Positions 15,053 to 34,759 of a stretch of DNA of 64,000 bases are shown in pieces; position 1 is the stretch's first letter; each line of letters opens with the position of its first letter. The translations under genes were made by a program, and so were the position numbers. This DNA comes from Microbotryum violaceum (Eukaryota), in contig LN717261.1 of the NCBI GenBank assembly GCA_001244265.2, forward strand, positions 2,619,591 to 2,683,590, given 5' to 3'. The notes under the pieces were generated by a model that saw nothing but the letters and a program-made list of their open reading frames with translations, did not search any database and was not told the origin of the DNA.

Positions 15053-16985
15053 ATGAGCACACCATATGCAACAGAGCGTACTCCGCTGCTCTCCAACCCA
15101 CAGCACGGCGAGAGCAATCCATCAGCTTCCCCTACATCTGCCACCCCACCCAATCCCATCGCCTCGTCCTCCCTGCTCCCTCCCTTCCGTCGGCTGCTGC
15201 TCGCCGCATTACTCCAGGCCCTCTCCTTCGTCGCGACTGCCACACCCATCATCTTTGCCTTTCGTACCATGTCCTGCGAGATCTACTACGAACGCAACCC
15301 TCCATACCAAGGCAACGATGATAGATGTGCGAGGAAAGAAATCGATTCGACCACGGCTTCGGCGATTTCGCTCATGGTCACCTTGACCACTTTGTGAGTC
15401 GGCGCAGCATTCGAGCTTGGAAAAAGCAGGAACCCCCAACTGAAGCCATTGCCATCCTCAAGCTCGGGACTACTGAACCTCTTCACCACGGGCTGGATCA
15501 TCCGTCGTCGAGGCGTCAAGCTCGCCATGACCTTACAAACGCTCGTCCCCTGCGTTCGCAACGTCTGCCAAATCTACGGGATTTTCCACGGCGGACTCCT
15601 CGGCATCCGCCTGATCCAATGGACGCAGCTCTTGACCATTTTTGGAGGAGGTGGAGGGTACATGCTCACCGCCAATAGTTATGCCGCGGCTTTGGTCACC
15701 CCTGAGGAGAGAACGGCCAGTTTTGGGATCCTGCAAGGCTTTCTCATGCTCGGCACAGCATTGGGGTATACTCGTGAGTCAGACCGCAAGTTCTTTGCCT
15801 CATAATGATCTTCACTTGCTGATCTGTGGTTCACTATAGTCGGTGGATTCGTCGATGACATGTTTGGAGCACCAGCGCCCTTTGAGATGACGTTTGGCCT
15901 CCTCATTTTGTCGACCCTGCTCTCCGTCTTTTTCCTCCCTTATATACCCCCCGATGCCCAATCACCCAAAGTCAACGGCGAAGGTGTATTGGCACCGCTC
16001 AAGATCTTTTGGCCTAGACACGTCCAAGTAGAAGGCACGAGTCGCTCGGTCCGCTATTGGGGAATGACCTGGCTCGCGATTGGCAGCTTCTTGGGGGTGT
16101 TTGCGACGGCGTTCGTGCCACTCGCTTTGCAACTTACGGCGACGAACATGTTTGGGTTCGGACCCAAGAAGGTAGGATGTCTGACCTCACATCGAGACCT
16201 CGGTGTCAGAATCTAACCGACTGATCTCGTGATCCCGCAGAACGGCTACCTGCTCTCATTAACTGCGGTCTCGAGAGCCGCGTTCCTCACCTTTGCCTTC
16301 CCCCGAGCCATCGCACGTGGAAGGATATGGCTCAGCGGACCCAAAGTCGAACCAACTTCCCCATCAGCACCCACGAGACCACCACAAGCCCCCACGCAAG
16401 CCAAAGATCTCGAACCCCTATCCCTCAATCCGGATGAACTGACTGAGTCTGCGCCAGTGCCCGAACCGACGGACCAAGTACACGGCAGTCGGTTCGATCT
16501 CTTCTTTTTACGAATGAGCATGCTCGTTGATGCTTGTTTGACCGCTTGTGTCACTTTCACGACTCTGGGATGGCACGTCTATTTGGGTGAGTTCAGCAAG
16601 GCCACGCACTGCACCCGTTCTCTTCCCGAACCACGCTCCGGGCAAGATAACTGAATGCGCGAACCCAACCTTGGCCCTCACAGCCGCTCTCATACTCCCC
16701 CTTGCTAGCGGTACCGCCCCCGCCGCCAAAGGCGTCATCATGGAACTCGTTGAACCGTCGCAACAATCCCTCGCATTACAAGCCATCGCCCTCGTCGAAT
16801 CCTTGGCGATGGTCTCGACCGTTTCCGTCTTGGGGATCGCTTTCGCGATGTTGAGTGAGGTCGGCAAGGGGCCTTGGATTTTTGTGGTTAATGGTTCGAT
16901 TGCGTTGGTCGCGGCGGGTACTTTGATGTTGGTGCGATTTCCGCCGAGAGGTGTGGTGGGCACAGCGGTCGGAGGGGGGGATTAA
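15053..16985 (+). CDS. Major facilitator superfamily transporter, multi-exon
   Basis: N-terminal TERTPLL sorting motif, many hydrophobic helices, PEERTASFGILQG, and GT-AG introns. Confidence 0.8.
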
Positions 16986-17379
16986 ATTGGACAGAGATAA
17001 GGAAGCCTGCACAGCTTAATTTAGTTTGTATTGGTCCGGCGGACGTTCTCGTAGGTTAGTCTTGTATGTTTTTTAAATTCATAGAGAAGGTAATGTGTAC
17101 CTAATCGGTTCACTTGTGCGCAACTTTGCGAAGCGCAGACCGCGGAATGTACTACCTTCTCACTGTCGTGTACTACCTTCTCGATAGACTGCGGACTTGA
17201 GCTGATAATGACCGAGCGAGAGCAAGGAAAAGAAAAAGGAACGATTCTTCGTTGTTCCTGATACCTCTCATCCTGCGCTTTGCGGGAGACACGAATGCCA
17301 ACCGTCCGCGATATCACATGGCTATCGCGACGTGTTTGCAGACCGCGTCCGGTTTGTGAGATTAGGTTTATTATGGCAC

Positions 17380-19450
17380 TTGCATGAGCGATCGGAGCTG
17401 ACTCCAAACGCGTTCGCATCCCTCCCCATCCGTCAACCCAAAGTGCTGAATCAGGCGCGGGTTGTACTCAAGCTGGCAGGGCCATTGATGAGCAAAAGCA
17501 TGAAACACGCTCGTGGCAAACTTCAATCTCGGAAACAGATCGGGAAGGATACTTCTCTGCAGGCGATCGAAGTACAGTACAGGTCAGCGGCGCCCCAGGG
17601 CCAGAAATCTAAGGAACGACGGATCCGCCACTCTTGCTGACCGATTGCATGTAGCCGTCCAAATTACACGCAACATCATACAGCACTCCGAGTGTATCGT
17701 TGGAAGGGAGTTGGTTCGAAATATGTTGCAGCAGCGATAAGCAAGCCGTAGTAGCGCCTGCCTCATCAAAAACAAGCGTCAGGCCTTGTAAGCGGTTGAG
17801 AGAGGAGCTGAGCTGACGAACCTCTTCGCCTGATTGATACAAGTTGATCATCTTCAACGCGATATCGTGACGGTAAACACAGACAGCTAGGCCCGTATCG
17901 GACTTGCCCCGCGAGATTTGTGTCGCACCGCCGTTGGCCGCTTTCCACGAATCGGCACAGGCCTCCAAGACGCGAGAGGAAGGGCGTCAGCGCGTTGAAA
18001 AGATCGCAGGGGGCTCAGATCAGCGGACCTTTTCTGATCTCTTGCTGTCGCCACCATCACAGATCTCCTTCATCGATTCGAGCTCGTCTTCGCCGAGGAA
18101 GAGGGCTGGCGTCGACTCCTGAAAATCGTATCTGGCTGAGGTGTCGCGAGAATGTTGAAAGTTGCCATCCAGAGCGACAAGATGCTGCACTTCGACTCTA
18201 TGGTGGGCTTGATTTAGACGCATCCATCCGTAGCATGCAGGACACTTATCCGAGAGAGAACTCGCAACACCGAGGACGAGGTCGCCCAATTCTCGCTCGG
18301 ATGTCGTGAGAGCCCGAAAATCGTCAAGGGCGCGCTGGAGTTGCTTTCGCAGCTCCTTGTCCTGCGCGAATGATGATAAATATCAGATAATGATCAATAG
18401 CAACCATGACAGGGGGTCGAGCTCACGAATTTATGCTGACTCAGGCCCGGCCGACCCCATCCAGTTTGCTCATAGAAAATGTCGAGCCCGCGAGCTGCTC
18501 CATCGACAGGAAACGGCGCGGTGCTCCACCAGGAGTCGAGAAATTGTAAAAGTCGAAAGGTGAAGGCAGGGCGAGGAGCAGCTGCAGTCGATCCGATCAA
18601 TCCGATCTGAACAAGGCGCTCGGCGTACGTAAGGCATGGGCTATCGCTGCTGGATCTCGGACAAAAAGCGATCGCCACCTCGACCACTGCATCGATTCGA
18701 CCTTGTCAGCGCGTTATTCGACACAGTGACCCAACTTGCCTTATTCACATACAGCTTATGAGGTCGTAAACGTCAAGCAGTAATGTGGGGGGGCTCTCGC
18801 ATGAACAAGGCGGCGGCACTTCGCTAGCGACCGAACCGTGGCACAGCTCCTCGTCCACGTCAATCAAGGGCCGTAGATGACCTTTGACCCCAGCGCAAAA
18901 ATGCGATATACTGGCGCAGAAGCGCTGGCCGTTCCAAGCGCCTAAGACGAGATTCGTTGAACATGAACTGCTTGTACGTTTTTTGCTTCGACTGACCACG
19001 TGTGGCTGGTTCGAAACTTTCGACTTGGCGCAGATCAGCCAGTGATAATCGCTGTGCGGTTGCACTATAGTCAGGCGCGATTGGCATATGGGATGTTCGA
19101 TCCGGAAAGTATGGGGCCGGACTAAAGTCGCGTTCATGGCCACCACCGTACTCGCTGTGACGTTCATCATCCCAATCCATCCCACTCGGGTTGGCGGCTT
19201 CGTCGGCCTGAATCGGAGGGCCCATTGGAGGCCGAGGAGACGGCGAGCTAGCTTCGCCACGAGCATGTTCATCGAAGGTTCTTTGCCGAATTTGGCGCGC
19301 AGTGTACGTAACCATGTACCGGGTTCCGGGGATGTTAGTGCGGAGTCGAGCGTCTGAGACGAAGGCCTCGGGGCTTTTAGTCAGGATGTCCGACAGTCCC
19401 TCGAAGTAGTCAGGTCGGAACTTGAAGCGATTCCATTTATGCCTGCCCAT
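17380..19450 (-). mobile_element. Kyakuja-Dileera-Zisupton (KDZ) transposase relic with CxC1-like domain, 3'-truncated or degenerate
   Basis: Minus-strand motifs in family order: LVQIGLIGSTAAAPRPAFTFRLLQF (CxC1-like), CPAC, ALDGNFQH, CADSWKAA, TGLAVCVYRHD...NLYQSGE, LYDVAC, VFHAFAHQWPCQLEYNP and FGLTDGEGCERVWS (17401-17442). Confidence 0.85.
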
Positions 19451-19743
19451 TGTCTGATGCAAATTCGAGAATGTATTACTGTGTGTTACAATAGTTGGTG
19501 CTCGTCTTAGAACTGAGGCGGGTCTGATTTGGCGCTGAGCGGGGGGAGGCTGGAAGAGACAGCTCTGTGGGCGACTGCACAAGTACTCCCTAATAATAGG
19601 TCAATCTCATTAGCAAGTTGCCCTAGTCCTCGGGCCATCTAGCAACCCGGGTTGCAGGCGGGCAACATGTATTATGGCTACGCCGCGCGGGAGCGGGGTC
19701 GGAGGCGCGCTGCGCGCGCCACTTTTTAGCGTGCTTATATATA

Positions 19744-20005
19744 TAGCCAGAGGTGGCGCGCAGATCCATTTGTTGCCCAAACGGCGGCCCATAGCCTGCA
19801 TAGCATGCATAGCCTCCAGCCTGATCCAGCCTCCCGCTACCCTGGTCTGCGCTTCCGTTTCAAAGTTCGACCGGAGGGAGGAAAAAATGTCCAAAGATGA
19901 GGTAAGCCTCGACCCATTTTGAGCCAAAATTGTCCAAATTTTGGGGGCTGCCTAGCCGATTTTCCGGTCCCCAGAATGTCCAAATTTGCGGGCCGCCTCT
20001 GGCTG
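19744..20005. mobile_element. MITE-like element, or transposon terminus, with imperfect terminal inverted repeats and flanking TA
   Basis: Left TA-TAGCCAGAGGTGGCGCGCAGAT versus reverse complement of the right end TA-CAGCCAGAGGCGGCCCGCAAAT. Three internal TGTCCA...GCCT repeats. Confidence 0.55.
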
Positions 20006-20022
20006 TAAGGTATGCGCCTCTG

Positions 20023-20118
20023 ATTACCCTAACTAGTAAGAAAACTACCCTAACTGGTATAAAAATTACCCTAACTAGTAAAAAAACTACTCTAACTAGT
20101 AAAAAAATTACACTAACC
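20023..20118 (+). repeat. 21-bp tandem repeat (AYTACCCTAACTAGTAAAAAA), about 4.5 units
   Basis: Direct reading. Confidence 0.85.
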
Positions 20119-20130
20119 CTCTATCCTCTA

Positions 20131-21625
20131 TCTTCTATCTATATAAATGAATCTGTGTGGCTAAAGAACGTCAAAGAACGTCAGAGAACGAAAGACAAAG
20201 CACGTGGTTTGACGTCATCGGCAGCTCTCGGTCCAGCGCGTCTCAGTTAGCTAGCGCTGTTTCAGCATCGGCGAGACCGCTTCGCCTACCTTCGTCGAGG
20301 TTCCATTTCCCATCAAAGCAGCCTGGCACATGACTCTCTGCTTCCCGGACGACCGGTTTTGCGTGCCTGCCACATCGGAGCGTAGTCCCTTCAACCATCC
20401 AGTTCTGCCACTGCCGAGCAGTCATCTGCAAGCTTTCAAGTCCCGTCTCCTGTACAACAATCTTCACGGAGAGCAGCGGGGCAGCAGAGACGTCGGCAGC
20501 TGCTCGCGTTCCTCCTCTGCACATTCCGACTCCTCCCGACTCCCGCTCTAATCGCACAGACATCGCCGCCAGCAACCTCGAACAATCGCCGAAGCTCAGC
20601 GACAACGATGCCTTCGCCAGAAGCAGCAGCGCGAAACCGATCAACACGACGTCGCGCAAACTGGTTCGTCAATTCAACCTGCACCGGCAGCAGGCAGCCT
20701 CAGTGTCGCACGGCAAGTGCAACGGGCCCGCAGTTCTTCACCTCCAAGCCTGACATTCGTTCGTCCACTTGAAGCGGTTCCAGACCTCGGGTAGCGTCGG
20801 CCAGTGCGCCAATTCCGCCGTTAGGGGCCCCGCCAGCGTGTCACGGGGCTTCACTCCAGGACGTTCCGCGGCCTTCCACGACATTCTATGAGTCCGGTTC
20901 AAACTGAGGCGCAGGTTTCTCCATCTTTCTCCCTCCTGCTCTTCACACCTTGCCCATCGCACCTCAGCCCATCGCCACCTCGAGCTCGCGACATCCGAAG
21001 CGGTCGTCGTGGAAGCTCTGCAACGAATACGGGATACAGAAATGGCTGCCGCATGCAACATAGCTACGAATTCGAGTAAGTAACTTCATGAACTGTGCTC
21101 TTGGTGTGGGATTGTTCAGAAGCTAATGGGTTACTACCAAGCAAAAATTCCCTTCAACACGTCCTCTTCGAGTGTCAACCCTCGAGTTGTTTCTTCACAG
21201 GCGGCTGGTGACACTGCATGCGTGAGTTATTCTATGACATGGCTGTGCATTCTTAGATATGACGGACAAACTGATACGAAAAACAGACATTGAACGTCAG
21301 TGACACAGCGGAAGGGTTGACTTCGTACGGTTGAGAATCCGGGTCATTGGAACACTAAATGTGAGTCCTCACTGCCATTGCTACAGATGGACAACAGCAA
21401 AGACTACTGATAGTTATAACAAATCACGCCAGAAAAACAGGTCCGTGAATTCCGGCTCACCGTCCCGTGGCAGATCCTCAACGGCTCCGTTCGGTGGAGT
21501 GACCGTCGTGTTGACAGGTATGTGCCAATCTTTCAAAAGCAAAACGCAGGGCAGCATGACTAATTGACCGGTTGGACTGTAACATCACAGGGGATCCGAA
21601 GCAATGCCTTCCCGTCATCCTCAAC
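20131..21625 (+). mobile_element. Non-autonomous Helitron, 3' end missing
   Basis: Begins A|TCTTCTATC, the same start as the Rep/helicase Helitron at 48977. Collinear with 49130-50640. Ends in a helicase remnant (FGGVTVVL[14 protein letters not shown]). Confidence 0.75.
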
Positions 21626-23326
21626 GATGTCACATCGTCGAAGTCGAGGTCAATTTTGCCAAGGGGGATTTCTTATGGTAGATTCAACGATTGAGTGAGC
21701 CAGTATCGCAGTTGCGCATTGAAGACTCGCTCATCTTCCATATTTAGGACACTGTCGTCGTGACCCAAGAGGTCATCAAGTTCATGAGTGTTCGATTCTT
21801 CTGAAGAACAAATCGATGACGCTACGCTGTATTGATGAGACGAAGGCGACTCGTAGTCGCGAACTCGTGCGGTTTGTACGAGTTCCGCGCAGAATACTTT
21901 GATGTCCATTCGAGCATGATCCAACGTGTCGTCTCGTTCCTCAGGATCGGCCCCAGCAGAACCTGCAACGGTACCGTAATCGCTCGTCTCGCCGTGCGGT
22001 CGCGACTCGGGGACAGGCGGTTCCAAAGACTTCGGATTGTCCCCTTGGAGCGAAGTCATTGACCTCCTCGATTGTAACTAGAGCGCCCAAATCGTCGATT
22101 TGGGTGGAACGGGCCATGGGTGGAATGAGCCATCACGTCAGTTCAGAAATGGCCCCTGACGATGGACAAGGAACGGGCAGCCGCGACGATGGGAATGTCC
22201 GTTTGCTCACCGAGCTGTAGTCTACTCGTTGGCGAATGTGTGGCTCGTAAAGCTTTTTCCCCGATCCAGGAGACAGGTCCACTTCATTGATAGACTAGAA
22301 GCAGTACAGAAAATTAGGGGTGGAAGTAACGATGGTGACTGACGCAGTACGCATCCTTCGCAGTCTGACGGGTGAATGTGAATGGGTCGCGTCAACGTCG
22401 TCGGAGAAGCCTCGCTGGGAGGACCCGGCGGGCTCAACATCCTCAAACACGTCTTCGAGGCTCGATCTCCAATGAGGTTTCGAGCTCGATTCATGTATGT
22501 GTGTTGGCTCCAAGGGGAAAGGAGCTGAGAACGCCGGTGGCGACGCAGCGGCACCGGGTAGGTCGAGGACTTGGAGACGCGTCCGACGCGATTGCTTCAC
22601 GCTCAGATATCGGAGGTGGGGTATGAGCCTTGGGCGTCCATTTGTTTCGTCTTCCACGGGCCATCGTTGGTGGCCTGTGTGGTGGACTCAAAGGAAGCAC
22701 CTTCCGACGCGGGCGCAGATGGCCGCGTGTAGCACTGACGTCAAAGTGAGACCTAATTTGTCGGACAAATTAGTCCTCTGAGTCAAGTCGCCAGGTTGAC
22801 TTGTCCGTCACGGCTAAGTGCGACTTTGCAGGGTTGACAGTATTTAATGCTAGAGCTAGGTATCTTCTTACCCCCTTGGTTGCTACAGCACACATATCAA
22901 CGTTCGTACAGAGCCTACTAGTAGTACAGGCCGGCCTCAGTTGTTGCGCGGTGTTCCGAGTCCGACACAGCTTCGACTTTGTGACCATCGACTTGTATCT
23001 GCTTCATCCGCTAGAGGGCTGTACAGCCACAAATGTGATCTAAAGTTTTGGGGCGTACGTGTGCCAATTCACGTAGGCCCGGGGCGTACCGACCTCGGAC
23101 CCAGTACGCCTTATTGGGCGGAGCGTGAGCCATTTAGGGCGTCAACAAATGTGCGGCACGCCCCGAAAAAAACGAAATTGCTACAGCTTCCGCTAATCTG
23201 CATGTATCGTCTTCCCTTGTCGTATACATACTTTTTAAGTGTAGTAGAGCATGACAGAGCCAGCAGAGACGCCCATAGAGGCCCTACATCACCTGTAGTA
23301 CCCTGTCCGCACCGGAGCCCACTCAC

Positions 23327-23605
23327 TGAGGGTCGGTTAATTCCGGTAATACCCATTCTGAAGGGTATTACCCAGGTCTCACCTGGGTATTGTCCCGAGC
23401 GCGCCTGGGTAATACCCAGCTGACGGGTAATATTCAGGCGCGCGGTATTAACCCCACGTCGGGCATTAACTCTCTGACGGGTATTACCCATCTCCGCGGG
23501 TAATACCCAGCCGACGGGGAATACCCGGGCGCGCGGTAATACCCCCCAGCCGGGTATTAACTTTGACATGGGTAATATCTGCCTGGATGGTTATTCCCCC
23601 AGCCT
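23327..23605. repeat. Array of palindromic GGGTAWTACCC motifs, probable DNA-transposon subterminal region
   Basis: About ten full or partial copies of GGGTA(A/T)TACCC with short spacers. Confidence 0.6.
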
Positions 23606-23932
23606 CCGGGTTTCTTCTGTACGTGCAGCGTAGTTACTACCGGGTCTGGGTTGTTACCACCGCAATACCACCACTCGGATGTCTAGAACTTCTCTGTAAC
23701 ACTCTTGCCTCTGGCAGTGGATGAAACAGACGAGTGAAGGAAGCCAGTGTATTATTCCGGGTTCAGAAAATTGGGCCGAGCTTCGTCATCCATACGGTCA
23801 AAGATGTACTCCCGGGACTCCTCTCGACCAACCCTCCGATGTATGCGACCAGCTGAGCCCAGGATGCACCGCAGATCCACAATCTCGACCGCTCCTGAAG
23901 CACGTTTACCTTGAGTGAAGAACAGATTCTGA

Positions 23933-29794
<5,862 letters not shown>

Positions 29795-32006
29795 TGAGAC
29801 GATTGGCTCCGACCATTGAAGGCGGTGAGGATGACATGATAGGCTGAACGGGAGCTGCATCCATGACAAACCCCCGACCAGGAAGCGAGCGCAGAATCGA
29901 CTTGCCGCGGATGCTGAAAATGAGATTGTTTGGGGACCAACAGCGTACGTCATCGATTCCAACAGACGGTCAATGGAGATAAAACCGCATTGAGCACCGG
30001 GCATGTAGTAGACCCTCTTAATGGTGATACGAGCGCCATATGAGGTAAGAAACGTCACTGAGCCATGACCGGGAGATTCGATTTGAGATTGATCGGCGAC
30101 AGAAATTTTGAGAGGCTCAGAGACAACGTCCGATAGGACCAACTTGTCTCCAACGCAATGGACCTTAACACCCGAGTCAATGATCCATGGAAAACGTGGC
30201 ATCGTTCGCAAATAGGGGAAAGTGTAGGTCATCAATGCAGATTCATCTACACCAATGGCAGCTACGTTCGAATTTGAGTCCGAGGAAGCGGAGTGCTCGC
30301 ATCCTTGTTCCTGCTTGGACAGAGACGCCAACCACGCTCGTGTCCCAGTGCTTGCAGCGCGAACAATACGACTTGGAGTAGTCCTTTTGCACCGTGGTGG
30401 AAATACGGGCGACGAGGCTAGTATCGTCAACGATCCGAGCGGATAACGATTCCTTTTGTTTGTTTCGGGAATCAGCCATTTCGACGTTCATCAGGAGTTT
30501 CGGATAGAACGTGTTCCAATCCATGTGGATGTCGATGTCGGAGGCAAGGTTCCCAACGATCGAGTCATACTGGGCTGGGAGCGACCGAACGAGCCTGCCT
30601 GCAAACAGCCAATGCGGAAGCGGAGCTCCGAGGTTCTGAAAATCGGTCATGGCAATCTTGACCTTGTTGACGAATTCCTTAAAAGGAATATCCCCAGAGT
30701 AAGGTTGCGCTAGAGTGTTGAGGAGGTCCATAGTGCGACTTGGGCGACCGTGAGAGTGGAGACCATGGAGGGTGTCCCACATCTCGTACGCCGTGGTAAG
30801 ATGAATCAAGTGAGACATCTGTTCCTCAGAGATCGAATTGGCGATGTACTTGCGTGCTAAATCGTTGCGGCGGATGGCCTGTTCGCGATATTCCGCGACC
30901 TTGTCCGCAACTTGAACGCTGGTGAGCCTGGGCGAGGCGCCCGAGTGCGCAGAACCAGAGCCCCCCCCCAAGCCCGCTAAAGCCGGAGGAGGCTGGTTCA
31001 ACTGGCGCGACGGACGCAGTTGCATGTGCGATAACGAGCGTGGACCGATAGTCCGCGACAAGGGAGTCGATGGATTGATTGACGACATCCCATACTTTGT
31101 CGGCTCGAAGATTGATAAACGCACGTTGTGACCAGCTCTTGTACCCTTGTGTGTCCTTGAGATACAAGCGATTGCCCGACCCGTTGGGGAAGTCGGATTC
31201 GCCCGTTGAGCTCATCTCCACGATCCTTGAACTTGGACCTCCAAGCATCGAACGGCCTAGGAAGAGTATCAAACTCGAGAGGCTCGTCTGTTGACCACGA
31301 AAGCTGTAAATAATTTAGGTCTCCGGGTTGTCGAAGTGGAAGGCGAGAAGCTCAGACACCCTCACGTCCAAGAGGGGTGCCATTCGCTCGAAATCATCGT
31401 CATGGAGCTCGATATCCAAATTGTCTAGATACATCTCGTCGAAGTTGGCTGGAGCGAGAGCCTAAACTAGGATGTTGATGACGATGATGGCACAGACGAC
31501 GCGACGCGGCGGGGGAGGCAAGAGACGGCGCACTCAGACAAAACGCCTCGTTCAACCAGCCAAGAAGCTTATAATTGCAAAATCGAACAATTAGAGCCCT
31601 TGCTGTTACTTCGGTACAGCCCAGAGTGTTTCCCACGCGCTCCGCACGTTCTTGAGGGTCGGCAAACTTTGGCGCACCAAGCCGAATGTGGCTGAAATGG
31701 GTCCCCGATTTGTCCACAGGCACCTACGGGCCTAGACCCCACCCGCACCGGCGCGCCCTGATTTGTCCACCCCCGACTACGCGCCTTCGCGATTTTGGCC
31801 CATCTGAGGCCCCAAATTTGTCCAGTCGGGCACTACGCGCCTCAGGCTGGGCTTTCGGGGGTCCTCGCTCAGCGCAGCTGCGCGCGCAGACGTGGTGGTG
31901 AAGCGACCGACTTGCGACCTTTGACCTCTTTCCACCACCCACACTCCCCCTCCTATTTAAGCCCACACCCACGCCCAACGCACCACACCTCACAACTTCA
32001 ATCAAC

Positions 32007-34032
<2,026 letters not shown>

Positions 34033-34089
34033 AATGTTTCGCCCCTGCCCCAAATCCAAGCGATGCTCTTGATGCACCCTTATAGCGTT

Positions 34090-34400
34090 GCCGTTGCGAG
34101 CCGCTTGTCCTTCCTTAGATCCCCTCCCGTGTCCTGTTCTGCCTGCTTTTGCTCGGCGACGAAAATTGATAAATCCAACACAATCTGATGATCAACTCCC
34201 AGTTTATTTTCGGTAAAGGTGTATCTAACAAGAATACCTCTGCTGGGCCGTTGCGAGCCGCTTGTCCTTAGATCCCCTCCCGTGTCCTGTTCTGCCTGCT
34301 TTTGCTCGGCGACGAAAGTTGATAAATCCAACACAATCTGATGATCAACTCCCAGTTTAAGTTTCGGTAAAGGTGTATCTAGCAAGAATACCTCTGCTGG
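34090..34400 (+). repeat. Tandem duplication of about 157 bp just 3' of GAPDH
   Basis: Units start at 34090 and 34247 (GCCGTTGCGAGCCGCTTGTCC...ATACCTCTGCTGG) and differ at few positions. Confidence 0.9.
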
Positions 34401-34661
34401 GGATCCAGTCTCGGTTTCGTCTTGCTTGAAGCGTGTCAGCCCCCACGTATCATTTGCTGACTGATCGAGCGCAGAGTGGAGTTGCGCGGATTACCAACTG
34501 CGGTTGCAACTGCATGAGGTCGCCAACTTGGGAATGCTTCATTACGCCCTGCAATTCTCAGTTGGCTCGTAGACTAAGCGAGAACAGCCTGACTTTGAGA
34601 CCTTACCTAGTGCAGCAAACAACTCGTGATATAGTCTCGAGTGGTAACAAAAGAATAAGAA

Positions 34662-34733
34662 CGGCTGGACCAGGAGTCGAACCTGGGTCGCTTCCATTAA
34701 TCGGAAAAGCTTTGACCACTAAGCTATCCGGCC
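34662..34733 (-). tRNA. tRNA-like gene or pseudo-tRNA (apparent anticodon TTA, atypical loop); possibly a SINE head
   Basis: GGCCGGA TA GCTT AGTGGTCA AAGC T TTTCC GATTAAT GGAAG CGAC CCAGG TTCGACT CCTGG TCCAGCC G folds as a cloverleaf with A and B boxes. A TTTT run lies about 10 nt downstream. Confidence 0.65.
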
Positions 34734-34759
34734 CCTGATATCAGTAAGGTCTACTAACA

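Noticed and set aside
17148-17182. 14-bp direct repeat TGTACTACCTTCTC at the left edge of the TE field
   Set aside because: It is only a local duplication with a short spacer and has no partner at a far boundary, so it cannot be called a target-site duplication.
20023-20118. Interstitial telomere
   Set aside because: CCCTAA occurs only inside a 21-bp unit, not as tandem hexamers.
17000-23300. TET/JBP dioxygenase cargo beside the KDZ transposase
   Set aside because: No HxD...H...R 2OG-Fe(II) motif pattern is recognisable in the available ORFs.
34607-34642. CTAG plus weak hairpin as the missing 3' end of the autonomous Helitron
   Set aside because: The hairpin is unlike the family GGCGCGC hairpin and the base after CTAG is not T.
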